Source: Candidatus Omnitrophota bacterium
GTDB taxonomy: Bacteria > Omnitrophota > Omnitrophia > Omnitrophales > JACROU01
Length of the DNA stretch: 64,000 nucleotides
Direction: 5' to 3'
Assembly: GCA_029261035.1 (NCBI GenBank)
Contig: JAJDCD010000025.1
Coordinates: 130,926 to 194,925 of the forward strand
A program made the translations under genes and the position numbers. The stretch's first letter is position 1. The number at the start of each line of letters is the position of its first letter. Positions 7,866 to 17,406 of the stretch are shown here, one piece after another. The notes under the pieces were generated by a model that saw only the letters and a list, made by a program, of their open reading frames with translations, had not been told where the DNA came from and did not search any database.

Positions 7866-8459
7866 TTAGTATTTTCTAAACAAGCTTACGAGCTTACCTA
7901 AAACCTGAACATCCTTCACCTTGATATCTTCATACTTAAGATTTGCTGGTCTTAAAATAATATGGTTTTTCTTTTTATAAAATTGTTTGAGGGTCACCTC
8001 ATCCTCTATGAGAGCAGCCACAATATCTCCATCTTGAGCTGTTTTCTGTTCATGCATTACCACATAATCCCCATCGTGAATTCCTTTCTCAATCATACTG
8101 TCTCCCTGGACCTTAATAATATAGTTACCCGCTTGAGCAAATTCTTTAGGCAAAGGAATACTCTCTTTAATATCTTCAACAGCCAACATGGGACGCCCAG
8201 CTGCAATTTGTCCAAGCAAAGGAATTTCTATCACTTCCGGCTTTTCAGAAGTAAATCGAATAGAACGAGATTGGCGCGGTTCATGAGTAAAAACACCTCG
8301 GGTTCTTAAATGAGACAGGTGCTCATGAACCGTGCTGGCTGCAAGACCCAAAGCTTTGGCTATATCTCGAACCGAAGGAGAGTATCCTTGTTCGGAGATA
8401 AAGCCTTGAACATATTCAATAATGCGTTGTTGTGTAATTCCAGTATTTGCCTTTGTCAT
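7866..8459 (-). CDS. lexA: LexA repressor (S24 peptidase)
   Basis: N-terminal wHTH and a C-terminal S24 domain with AAG cleavage site, GDSM serine and LKQF lysine. The start is chosen at MTKANTG (8459), because the longer ORF start at 8483 falls inside the LexA box. Confidence 0.85.
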   Translation of the reverse strand: MTKANTGITQQRIIEYVQGFISEQGYSPSVRDIAKALGLAASTVHEHLSHLRTRGVFTHEPRQSRSIRFTSEKPEVIEIPLLGQIAAGRPMLAVEDIKESIPLPKEFAQAGNYIIKVQGDSMIEKGIHDGDYVVMHEQKTAQDGDIVAALIEDEVTLKQFYKKKNHIILRPANLKYEDIKVKDVQVLGKLVSLFRKY

Positions 8460-8476
8460 AACAGTTCGAAGTATAC

Positions 8477-8490
8477 CGAACATATGTTCG
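8477..8490. promoter_or_regulatory. LexA operator (Cheo-box type CGAACATATGTTCG)
   Basis: Perfect palindrome cgaacatatgttcg about 18 nt upstream of the lexA start. It matches the GAAC-N4-GTTC consensus used by Gram-positive-type LexA. Confidence 0.7.
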
Positions 8491-8671
8491 GTTTACAAGT
8501 ATTATTTTATCTTTTTTTTATAGCATCTTAAGTTGTTTCTATTAAATAAGTTACAGTTGTAGTAATTATAAGCAAATAAACAATTGAATTGTCGAAGTGT
8601 AGGAAGAAACAATAAAAGACAAAGATAATCATGACTATCTGTCCGCTGTCTTCTGATATAATGCCTCTCCT

Positions 8672-9175
8672 ATGAAACATTTAATACTCTCTTTTTTAAT
8701 TCTATGTTCGCTCGTCTTAGGAATCCCTTCTCTTCATTCCGAGGTTCCTCTTACCGTCAAATCCAAGAGCCCTGCTCCCCCATCCGAGTTTGTTGTTGAA
8801 GCCATTATTGACGTGAATATTTTAAAAAGCGCTGCAGGCCCTTCCATTCGAATGCTGGGAGTTGAAGCCACTCGCAATATTGAAGCTAAAAGAAAGGGGA
8901 TGGAATATTTAGAAACAAATATAAAGGGGAAAACATTCACATTAGAATATGACAAAAAAACGAAAGACCCTATGGGAAGGTTTTTAGCTTACGTCTATTT
9001 CGAAGATGGAAACATGCTAAACGAAGAAGTTCTCTGGAGAGGTTACGGATACGCTTCCAAAAAGTATCCCTGCAAATACATCTACAAATTCCGCCGCTAC
9101 GAAAACGACGCCAAAAGAAAAAACCACGGCCTCTGGAAAAAACTAACCAAACCAGGTGAGACAAAAGACAAATAA
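8672..9175 (+). CDS. Secreted thermonuclease (SNase-like) family protein
   Basis: Signal peptide, then SNase-fold motifs ...IRMLGVEA...GRFLAYVYFEDGNMLNEEVLWRGYGYA. Confidence 0.65.
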   Translation: MKHLILSFLILCSLVLGIPSLHSEVPLTVKSKSPAPPSEFVVEAIIDVNILKSAAGPSIRMLGVEATRNIEAKRKGMEYLETNIKGKTFTLEYDKKTKDPMGRFLAYVYFEDGNMLNEEVLWRGYGYASKKYPCKYIYKFRRYENDAKRKNHGLWKKLTKPGETKDK

Positions 9176-9188
9176 CACGTCTTTACCC

Positions 9189-9225
9189 ATAATAAAATAA
9201 GTGCTCGATGCACTTCTTTTATTAT
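9189..9225. repeat. R2 hairpin repeat copy
   Basis: ataataaaatAAGTGCtcgatGCACTTcttttattat. Same core as 3205-3237 with a different, compensating outer stem. Confidence 0.7.
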
Positions 9226-9257
9226 CTCCCTTCTCCCCACCCAAGTCTACACAAACA

Positions 9258-9336
9258 AGAAAAAGGGAATGCCTCCACTGCGAGTTGCGGAGGCCTTTGG
9301 CCGAGCATGTCTGAGCAGTGGAGGCATTCCCTTTTT
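9258..9336. terminator. R3 repeat copy acting as a bidirectional intrinsic terminator
   Basis: Perfect 22-bp outer stem gaaaaagggaatgcctccactg/cagtggaggcattccctttttc encloses GCGAGTT...TGTCTGAGC. T-runs flank it on both strands, between convergent genes 8672-9175 (+) and 9375-10559 (-). Confidence 0.65.
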
Positions 9337-9374
9337 CGCCACAACTTATAATCTTTTCTACTCACCTTAACAAA

Positions 9375-10559
9375 CTACTTCTTAACCACCTCAACCGTAC
9401 TCCTAGAAGTAAACTGATACTCAATCCCTCTCCAAGTCATCTTTCGAGCAAAAGCAGGAATAATAAAACTTCCAATCGCAAGCACTTGAGTCGCCAAAGC
9501 CAAAACAGGATACCAAATTGTAATCTCACCTATCGTAGGAACTTCCTCTTTAAGACCATCATCAATCGCTTTCTTCAATAAAAGTGTGTTCACAACAGAC
9601 ATATAAACAGGAGACAAAAATAACCAATGCCTCCAATCTAAAGTACCTTGCTGAGCAGCCATAACAAATACGACAGGACTCACCAACATAAACACAATTC
9701 GAGCAATAAACATCAAAGAAACCCCAGTCCACTTCTCTGGGAAATAAACGCGAGAAAGCAAAGACTGCCGATTGGCCCATTTAATAAAATCAATAAAACG
9801 AGTCCCCTCGTAGATAGGTACGATGTTCTGAGGAACAAAGTAATTCTCAAGCCCTGTTGGTTTTAATGCCATACTCAATGTTAAATCATCCGTAAGCGCT
9901 GTCTTCCATATCTCTCTTACATTAAACTCTTCAAAGTGTTTCTTACAGACAGCCATAGCACCCCCATAACACCCTCTAAAACGCTTTACTGTCACAAAGG
10001 CACCTAACCCTGACATCCAGGTAGACTTCACCAAAGACCAGAAAGTCTTCTTTAAAGGAACGTAAACAGGAATACCCGTCGTTATTCCAACATGATCATA
10101 TTGAAGAGGAGCAATTAGGCTTTTAATCCATAAAGGTTGAGGAGATGTATCCGAATCCATAAAAACTAAAACCTCAGACTTATCTCGAACAACTTCCGTC
10201 GCACGAACCAAATTATTAAGTTTCCCAGTATTTGTTACAGGATGTCCCGCAACCACAATTTGAGTCGGTATATCCAAATGAGCACTTGTTAATTCTTGAA
10301 GACGCTCATACGCAGGATCTTCTACTGTTGCTACAGCAAAAACAATTTCATAATCAGGATAATCCTGATTCAATATCGATTTGATGCTCTTATCAAAATT
10401 AGGATCTATCCCCTTGCAAGGAATAATAACGGAAAGAGGAGGGAAATAATCAGGGTGTTTAATTTTAAGTCTTTTTTCCGTCACCCAAAAAAAGTTGAAA
10501 ATAAAAAAGAATTGAAACAAAGTTAAAGTAACACAAACCACGGTTAGTATTTCAAACAT
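9375..10559 (-). CDS. Membrane glycosyltransferase, GT2/GT21 (ceramide-glucosyltransferase-like) family
   Basis: N-terminal TM, then VIIPCKGIDPNFDKSI...MDSDTSPQP (DxD) and C-terminal TM helices. Confidence 0.55.
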   Translation of the reverse strand: MFEILTVVCVTLTLFQFFFIFNFFWVTEKRLKIKHPDYFPPLSVIIPCKGIDPNFDKSIKSILNQDYPDYEIVFAVATVEDPAYERLQELTSAHLDIPTQIVVAGHPVTNTGKLNNLVRATEVVRDKSEVLVFMDSDTSPQPLWIKSLIAPLQYDHVGITTGIPVYVPLKKTFWSLVKSTWMSGLGAFVTVKRFRGCYGGAMAVCKKHFEEFNVREIWKTALTDDLTLSMALKPTGLENYFVPQNIVPIYEGTRFIDFIKWANRQSLLSRVYFPEKWTGVSLMFIARIVFMLVSPVVFVMAAQQGTLDWRHWLFLSPVYMSVVNTLLLKKAIDDGLKEEVPTIGEITIWYPVLALATQVLAIGSFIIPAFARKMTWRGIEYQFTSRSTVEVVKK

Positions 10560-10567
10560 AAGTAATT

Positions 10568-11101
10568 CTATCCCCTTTTATTTGGTATTTTCTTGCCGTA
10601 AGCGTCTTTACGGCTGAGTGGATGAAATAAATGCCACAAAAAATCCCCCGCCGACTCAACAGCCCCCGGCTCTTTATAAGGAGGCGGTGGTACATTGGGA
10701 GCAGGATATTTTTTAGCATTCTGAGTTACAGCTGTACTTGCACTGGATTGTTGTAACGGAGAGGCTGCATTTGGATCCACCTTTTGTGCCATAACTTGAA
10801 TTCCATTTACAGGAACTTGAAGATCTTCATCCGACACAGGTTCTGTTTCCTGCGAAGTAGTCACATCCTCTTCTGCAGTAACCGGAACAGTTCCTTGACT
10901 CTGAACCACACCTTCTGGAAGTTTTTGAGGAGGAATAGGTTCTTCTGTCTGAGGAACCACCTCATCCACTGTTTCTACTTCAGTAATCACAGCATCATTC
11001 TCTAACTCAACAAAGATATCCTTTCGCTCTTTCTTTCCACAAGCCGAAAAAGACATCATCACAATAAGCATAAAAATAATAAAAAACCCAAATCGTCTCA
11101 T
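10568..11101 (-). CDS. Putative proline-rich lipoprotein
   Basis: Signal peptide with lipobox FSACG, acidic and Pro-rich. No family. Confidence 0.4.
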   Translation of the reverse strand: MRRFGFFIIFMLIVMMSFSACGKKERKDIFVELENDAVITEVETVDEVVPQTEEPIPPQKLPEGVVQSQGTVPVTAEEDVTTSQETEPVSDEDLQVPVNGIQVMAQKVDPNAASPLQQSSASTAVTQNAKKYPAPNVPPPPYKEPGAVESAGDFLWHLFHPLSRKDAYGKKIPNKRG

Positions 11102-11208
11102 ACTCTCACTACCTCTCTATATCAATTCTAACGCCTACTTAAGACGAACCATTATAACAGGATATTCACAACACAAAAGGACGGATTTAAAAGATGCTAG
11201 AAGTGATT

Positions 11209-12627
11209 TTAAAAGAAAACAGCAATGGATTGCTTTGTTAGAGACATAAATAAATGAGGAAAAAACCCTGTTACAACCAGAACCGCAATAGATAAGTAGC
11301 AATAGATCTGATAAGCAGGTTTTAAACGAATCGGCTCCAAACCTCCCGCTTCTATCCCTTCGTCTGAATAAGCATCCTTAACAACCATCAAGTAGTAGTA
11401 AAGAGAAATAATACTGTTAAAAATGGCCACTAAAGCTAAAACGTTATAACCCGAATTAACTGCTGCGGAAAATATAAACCACTTCCCTGTAAAACCTGCA
11501 AGAGGCGGAATTCCTGCTAAAGCAAAAAAACTAATAAGCAAAGTCAAAGCCAGCAAAGGAGATCGTTTAAACAAACCCTTTACAGCTGAAGTCGGTACAT
11601 TATTTCCATTTTTAGACAATTGAGAAATAATAAAAAAAGCCGTTAAATTCATAACCAAGTAAGCAGCCGCATAATAAATAGCTCCGCTAATTCCTTTCTC
11701 GCTAATACACAAAACTCCCACCAATAAATAACCCGCCTGAGCAATACTAGAATAAGCCAAAAGACGTTTTAAATCTTTTTGAATAAGCGCGGATAAATTA
11801 CCAATAGTCATTGTGGCTATGGCAATAGCAACCCAAACATCATCTAATACATGTGCAGTCTCTCCTGCAAGCAACATAAATCGAATCAATACAGAAAGAC
11901 CTGCTATCTTAGATACGGTAGAAATAAATCCAATGACCTGCGTATTTCCAGCCTCATAGACATCGGGTGTCCAAGCATGAAATGGAAAAAAAGATAACTT
12001 AAAGAAAAAACCCGCTAAGGAAAAAAAGAAAGCAACCCAGAAAATGGGCATCTGATACAAAAGAGGTAACTGCGCAGCAATTTCATTTAAATATGTGGTT
12101 TGAGTTAACCCAAAAAGCAAACTGAATCCATACACCATAATCCCAGAAGCAGCAATCCCTATCAATATATACTTAATACTAGCCTCTGCACTCCCTTTTC
12201 CATTAGAACGCATAGGAATGAGCAAATACAACGAATATGAGGCTAATTCTAAGGCCGTATAAAGCGTAATCAAATCTTTAGCACTCACGAGCACAACCAT
12301 CCCTAAAGTAGATGTAGTCAAAAATAAATAAAACTCAGGTTGATGCTTCCCATCTACATCCTTAACTTCTTGAGCTAAAAATAAAGTAATAAAATAACCT
12401 AAAACCAAAATCACCTTCATCAACTGAGAAAAACCATCCATAACATAGACTTCTTGAAAAAACACTCCTCTAAAATCAAACGAAAATAAGGCTGAAAGAA
12501 GAACAAGAAAGCCAGCCCACCCTACAAGCTTATGGAACAAAGTCAAATGGACTTCTTTTCTTAAGCTCCAAGAAAAGAAAAACAATGAAGCCAGAACTAA
12601 AAATGTTTCGACACTATAAAACCACAT
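11209..12627 (-). CDS. nuoN: NADH-quinone oxidoreductase subunit N
   Basis: 472-aa polytopic antiporter-like subunit, last gene of the nuo operon. Confidence 0.8.
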   Translation of the reverse strand: MWFYSVETFLVLASLFFFSWSLRKEVHLTLFHKLVGWAGFLVLLSALFSFDFRGVFFQEVYVMDGFSQLMKVILVLGYFITLFLAQEVKDVDGKHQPEFYLFLTTSTLGMVVLVSAKDLITLYTALELASYSLYLLIPMRSNGKGSAEASIKYILIGIAASGIMVYGFSLLFGLTQTTYLNEIAAQLPLLYQMPIFWVAFFFSLAGFFFKLSFFPFHAWTPDVYEAGNTQVIGFISTVSKIAGLSVLIRFMLLAGETAHVLDDVWVAIAIATMTIGNLSALIQKDLKRLLAYSSIAQAGYLLVGVLCISEKGISGAIYYAAAYLVMNLTAFFIISQLSKNGNNVPTSAVKGLFKRSPLLALTLLISFFALAGIPPLAGFTGKWFIFSAAVNSGYNVLALVAIFNSIISLYYYLMVVKDAYSDEGIEAGGLEPIRLKPAYQIYCYLSIAVLVVTGFFPHLFMSLTKQSIAVFF

Positions 12628-12629
12628 AA

Positions 12630-14096
12630 TTAATATCCTCTAAGCAGCACTATGCTGGTCTGTGAAATAAACTGGATCAAGATCATGGGACAAATTCCCA
12701 AAAGAAGCAAAAATGAAAACAAAATGTATTGAGGGAGTGCTGTTTTCCAATTGTGATCCACCCCAACAGGTGCTGTGGATTTATCTGAAGGAACACCCCA
12801 AAAAGAACTCTTTAAAATGCGTAAGATATAAATCGCGGATAGCACTAACCCAAGCAAAGCTAAAGAACCGAACACATAAGAAACTGAGAACGTTGCATAG
12901 ATCACAAGAAATTCAGCGACAAACCCACTCAACCCTGGCAACCCTAAACAAGTTAACCCTGCCAAAATAAAAAAGGTGGAAGCTTTTGGCATTTCTTTAA
13001 ACAACCCTTTCAGGTCATCCAAGTTTCTCGTTTTCTTAGCTTCATAAATATAACCCACACTTGCAAATAAAAGAGCCGTCATAATTCCGTGGGAAAACAT
13101 CTGAAACATCGCTCCATTCAAACCTGCCTGAGTCAATGTTCCAATACCCAACATCACAATACCCATATGAGATACACAGGAGTAACCAACAATGTACTTC
13201 AAATCTTTTTGTACAATCACACACAATGCTGCATAAAGAATATTAATAACACCAAAAGACAACATCAACCACTGCCAATAATGCGCTCCTTCAGGAAAAA
13301 GAGCAACAGCAACTCTTAAAATACCGTAAGCACCTAATGTCTTAAGAACAGCAGCATGTAACATACTGGCTGCTGTAGGAGCTGACGCATACCCATCGGG
13401 TGACCATGTATGAAAAGGCCAAGTTGCAGACAAAGTCCCGAAGCCAATGAGAAATAAAATAAATAACCCTTTTTGCATTCCAGGGCTAAATGAAGCCAAC
13501 TCAAGCATATCTTTTAAATTAAATGTATTTAATCCAGAAACAAAATAAAGAATAAAAAATCCAAACAGAACTAAACCGGAACCTGCCAAAAGATATAAGG
13601 TCAATTTATTCGCAGCATAGGTCTTGTTCCCTGTTCCCCATATATTAACAAGCAAGAACATAGGAATAACCGCTAATTCATAAAAAAGAAAGAAGAAAAA
13701 GAGATCTAAAACTAAAAGAACCCCATAAGCCCCTGCCACCAAAAGCAATAAAAGAGCAAAAAACTCTTTAACTCTAAACTTCAAGTTCTGAGAAACAAGC
13801 ACTCCTGAAAAAATAATAATCGAAGTCAACAAAACCAAAGGAATACTTAAACCATCCACTCCCAGAATAAACTGGATACCCCACCCCGGAACCTCAAACC
13901 ACTGCTCAACCCACCTAAATTCCGCAGAGTGATAATCATAGGCTAACACCAAATAAATCGACCCTAAAAAGGAAATACCACTCCCTATCAAGGCAATTGA
14001 TTTGATTAAACGCGAATTCTCTTCTTTTACAAACAAAATCAAAGCCATCGCAAGAAGAGGCGCTAATAAGATAATACTTAAAATAGGTAAATTCAT
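12630..14096 (-). CDS. nuoM: NADH-quinone oxidoreductase subunit M
   Basis: 488-aa antiporter-like subunit containing WPFHTWSPDGYASAPTAASMLHAAVLK. Confidence 0.85.
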   Translation of the reverse strand: MNLPILSIILLAPLLAMALILFVKEENSRLIKSIALIGSGISFLGSIYLVLAYDYHSAEFRWVEQWFEVPGWGIQFILGVDGLSIPLVLLTSIIIFSGVLVSQNLKFRVKEFFALLLLLVAGAYGVLLVLDLFFFFLFYELAVIPMFLLVNIWGTGNKTYAANKLTLYLLAGSGLVLFGFFILYFVSGLNTFNLKDMLELASFSPGMQKGLFILFLIGFGTLSATWPFHTWSPDGYASAPTAASMLHAAVLKTLGAYGILRVAVALFPEGAHYWQWLMLSFGVINILYAALCVIVQKDLKYIVGYSCVSHMGIVMLGIGTLTQAGLNGAMFQMFSHGIMTALLFASVGYIYEAKKTRNLDDLKGLFKEMPKASTFFILAGLTCLGLPGLSGFVAEFLVIYATFSVSYVFGSLALLGLVLSAIYILRILKSSFWGVPSDKSTAPVGVDHNWKTALPQYILFSFLLLLGICPMILIQFISQTSIVLLRGY

Positions 14097-14098
14097 TT

Positions 14099-15949
14099 CT
14101 ATTTCCCAAAAATTAAATAAATAACAACAAACAAAGATACAACCACTGCCGTAATAATATATTGTTGAACCTGTCCCATTTGTAATGCCGCTGCTTTTTT
14201 ACCACAACGAATGGCCGTCAAACCCACCTGATCCACAATCACATTAATAATATGAACATCCGTCCAAAAACTCATTCTTGAAAATCTGTAAACCCCCTTG
14301 TCTACAACCCATTTCCAAAAATGATCCACAAAGAACTTGTTCTCAATCAAACCAGAAAGGCCTGGAATAAAGGAGACCCACCCCTTTTCACTTGTAGCTT
14401 GCTTACGCCCAAAGTAAAAATAAGAAACTCCAATAGCAAGAACAACACCTATAGTGGTAATAAAAAAGTTCACCCATTGCTCAGCATGCCACTCAGAATG
14501 TAAATGAAAGAACTCTGTAAGCGCTGGTAAGAAAATCCAAAACCCTATCAGAGTCATCAATCCTAAAAACGAAACCGAAATTTTCATATACAGTGGCAAA
14601 GAGTTTTCTTGAGCATCTACCACTTCCCCATTTCTGGAAACAATAAAAGCCATTCGAGTGGTATAGTAAGCCGTTAAAAAACTAATCAGTAAAGCAACCC
14701 CATAAACACCGTAATGATGGCCTTCCATCAGAGAACCAAAGATCGTCTCTTTACTCAAGAATCCTGACAATGGAAACAACCCACACAACGCTAGAGAGCC
14801 AACCCACAATAAAGCGACCATGAGTTTTGACTTTGTACCGTAGGACACCTTAGCCATAGAAAAAATATCATTCGAGTGGTGGGCCATATGAATAAAATAT
14901 CCTGCCAAAAGAAACAACATTGATTTAAAGAAAGCATGTGTCAGGAGATGAAAGAAGCCTCCCTGCCAAGCTCCAGCCCCTATAGCCATAACCATAAAAC
15001 CCAACTGACTAACAGTGGAGTAAGCCAAGATACGCTTCATATCTTTTTCTGTTAGAGCCATCACAGCAGCAATCAAAGATGTTAATGCTCCAATACATAA
15101 GATATAAGTCATCGCAGATTCTGAAAAAGCAATTAAAGGAAAGAGACGAACCAAAAGGTAAACTCCTGCCGCCACCATGGTCGCAGAGTGAATCAAAGCA
15201 CTTACGGGTGTCGGTCCTTCCATCGCGTCTGGCAACCAAGAATGCAAAGGAAATTGAGCCGACTTACCCATCACACCCAAAAATAATAAAACAACAATCC
15301 AAAACACTTCTTGAGGAGATAACAGAGTTCCAGCAGCAGTGATCAATACTGGAATTGCTACTGTTTTCAATTTTACTAGAAGAAGAATAACAGCCGCCAA
15401 GAGACCCAAATCACCAAATCGAGTCATAATAAATGCTTTTATCGCAGCACGTCGCGGCTCGGGTTTTTCATGCCAAAAACCAATCAGCAAGTAAGAGGCC
15501 AATCCCAAAAGTTCCCAAAAAATATAACTTCCAAAAAGGTCTATCGAAACAACAAAGAAAATCATGGCCCAACTAAAAAAAGTAATGGTTCCATAATATC
15601 TACGAATACCCGCATCGTCTTTCATATACCAAAAAGAATACATCTGAACCATAAAACTAATCACACAGACTGTCGTTAGCATCATCAAAGAAACTTTATC
15701 CAGGTAATACCCAATCAAAAGTTCTCCTGTATTCCATTTCAGCCATGTTACTGAAGCAGTAAGAGCAATATCTAAATGAAAACGCTGAAAGAGTAAAACA
15801 CAAGATACCAATGCACCCAAACCAGACAAAGTAATCGCCACTTTTGCCGCTAAAAAACGCTGTTCCTTCTTTTTAAGGAAAAACGTAATCAACAGAAATG
15901 CAACAAAGTTTGAAAAAACTGAAATATTTAATAAAGCTAAATGACTCAT
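14099..15949 (-). CDS. nuoL: NADH-quinone oxidoreductase subunit L
   Basis: 616 aa containing FPLHSWLPDAMEGPTPVSALIHSATMVAAGVYL and a long C-terminal extension. Confidence 0.85.
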   Translation of the reverse strand: MSHLALLNISVFSNFVAFLLITFFLKKKEQRFLAAKVAITLSGLGALVSCVLLFQRFHLDIALTASVTWLKWNTGELLIGYYLDKVSLMMLTTVCVISFMVQMYSFWYMKDDAGIRRYYGTITFFSWAMIFFVVSIDLFGSYIFWELLGLASYLLIGFWHEKPEPRRAAIKAFIMTRFGDLGLLAAVILLLVKLKTVAIPVLITAAGTLLSPQEVFWIVVLLFLGVMGKSAQFPLHSWLPDAMEGPTPVSALIHSATMVAAGVYLLVRLFPLIAFSESAMTYILCIGALTSLIAAVMALTEKDMKRILAYSTVSQLGFMVMAIGAGAWQGGFFHLLTHAFFKSMLFLLAGYFIHMAHHSNDIFSMAKVSYGTKSKLMVALLWVGSLALCGLFPLSGFLSKETIFGSLMEGHHYGVYGVALLISFLTAYYTTRMAFIVSRNGEVVDAQENSLPLYMKISVSFLGLMTLIGFWIFLPALTEFFHLHSEWHAEQWVNFFITTIGVVLAIGVSYFYFGRKQATSEKGWVSFIPGLSGLIENKFFVDHFWKWVVDKGVYRFSRMSFWTDVHIINVIVDQVGLTAIRCGKKAAALQMGQVQQYIITAVVVSLFVVIYLIFGK

Positions 15950-15977
15950 ATTTTTAACTGTAATCCTAAGAGTTACA

Positions 15978-16289
15978 TCACCCTTTCAGGTGATCCATTT
16001 TTTCCACATTAATCGTATTAAAATTTCGGTACACAACGAGCACGATACTTAAACCCACAGCCACTTCAGCTGCTGCAAGCGCAATCACAAAGAGCGTAAA
16101 AATCTGCCCTACAGCCTTATCCACATCCATAAACCGAGAAAAGGTCAAAAAGTTAATATTAGCTGCATTCAAAATAAGCTCAGTAGCAATCAAAATACCA
16201 ATCAAAGAACGTCTAGCAAGCAAGCCATACAACCCAATACAAAATAAGGCTGCTGACAATATTAAATAAGGAGTGATGTCATTAATCAT
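15978..16289 (-). CDS. nuoK: NADH-quinone oxidoreductase subunit K
   Basis: ~103 aa from the internal Met (MINDITPYL...). The track ORF extends to 16331 and overlaps nuoJ. Confidence 0.75.
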   Translation of the reverse strand: MINDITPYLILSAALFCIGLYGLLARRSLIGILIATELILNAANINFLTFSRFMDVDKAVGQIFTLFVIALAAAEVAVGLSIVLVVYRNFNTINVEKMDHLKG

Positions 16290-16812
16290 TTGGAGAATCC
16301 TGTATTGTTGTTTTTTTATCTTTTTGAGCAATCACCAAAGAGCCTAAAATAGAAACTAAAAGCACAACCGAAATAAGCTCAAAAGCAAAGGCATAGCGTT
16401 GAATAATAACTTCCCCTATATGTTTTACCGAGTTATCCCCTACCATCTCGGGAAGCACCACCCAAGGCGTATGAATAAAAATATACGAAAGCGCCACAAA
16501 TACTAAAAGACTTACAGAAAGAGAAATTAATATTTTAGTTACGCTTCTTTTTGACGGCTTCAACGAAAGTGATGGTGAAAGCATAATTGCAAAAATAATC
16601 GCAATCGAAATTGCTCCAGCATAGATTAAAATTTGTATCAAAGCCACAAATTCACTTCGAAGAAAAATAAAAATCCCAGCGGTTCCAAAAAGGGTCAAAG
16701 CCAAACTCAATGCGTTATGAAAAATATTCTTAAGACCCACAGCCATTACAGCACCGCCTAAGGTCACCACAACAAAAAACAAGAATGTAAGATCAGTTAT
16801 TAGCGACAACAT
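16282..16812 (-). CDS. nuoJ: NADH-quinone oxidoreductase subunit J
   Basis: 176-aa membrane subunit, in operon order between nuoI and nuoK. Confidence 0.7.
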   Translation of the reverse strand: MLSLITDLTFLFFVVVTLGGAVMAVGLKNIFHNALSLALTLFGTAGIFIFLRSEFVALIQILIYAGAISIAIIFAIMLSPSLSLKPSKRSVTKILISLSVSLLVFVALSYIFIHTPWVVLPEMVGDNSVKHIGEVIIQRYAFAFELISVVLLVSILGSLVIAQKDKKTTIQDSPND

Positions 16813-17263
16813 CCACTGGAACCTTTCTTTGTTCTACATCTTTTAGAAAATCGTAAATAAAGGTGTCTTTCTTATCATCCGCTAAATTAAATTCCGGAGA
16901 ATGCTCCAAAGTCTTTGTAGGACATACTTCAATACACAAACTACAAAGAGAACACGTGGAAAAATTATAAACAAACTCTGTCGGTCTCTTACGACCCCCT
17001 TCTGGAGGCTTTTCGCCTGCTAACTCCAGAAAACATTTTGAAGGGCAAATATTTTTACATTTCAAACAGGCAATACAATCATGATTTTGTGTTTCAGGAA
17101 AAACTACAAATCGAATTCTTCCCTTATGTACATTTGAAGGTTGAGACGGCTGTAATGGATATTGTAATGTAACAGGGCGTTTAAACATAAACTTCAAGGT
17201 CACACCCATACCCTCAACCAAACTCCACGCACCCAACCCAATTTCTTTAACTGTGTTTAACAT
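16793..17263 (-). CDS. nuoI: NADH-quinone oxidoreductase subunit I (2x[4Fe-4S])
   Basis: Two ferredoxin motifs, CIACLKCKNICPSKC and CSLCSLCIEVCP. Confidence 0.85.
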   Translation of the reverse strand: MLNTVKEIGLGAWSLVEGMGVTLKFMFKRPVTLQYPLQPSQPSNVHKGRIRFVVFPETQNHDCIACLKCKNICPSKCFLELAGEKPPEGGRKRPTEFVYNFSTCSLCSLCIEVCPTKTLEHSPEFNLADDKKDTFIYDFLKDVEQRKVPVDVVANN

Positions 17264-17406
17264 CTTCTTTTATCCCTTGCCCTATCGGGCTATCAGCAAT
17301 CAGCCTTCAGCGAAAATCAACTCATTGTCATTCTGATCCGCCTTTGGCGGAGAAGAATCTAAAACCATCTCTCTCAAGAGATCCTTCGTATGCACTCAGG
17401 ATGACA

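Noticed and set aside
8460-8490. tRNA T-loop-like 'agttcgaag' string
   Set aside because: No acceptor, D or anticodon arms around it. The sequence belongs to the LexA-box region. No tRNA genes could be supported anywhere in the window.
12713-15679. Several 60-90-aa antisense ORFs inside nuoL/nuoM (e.g. 12713-12970, 15079-15342, 15470-15679)
   Set aside because: They are embedded antisense in highly conserved membrane-subunit genes. Their K/R/N-rich composition is typical of reverse-frame artefacts in AT-rich DNA.
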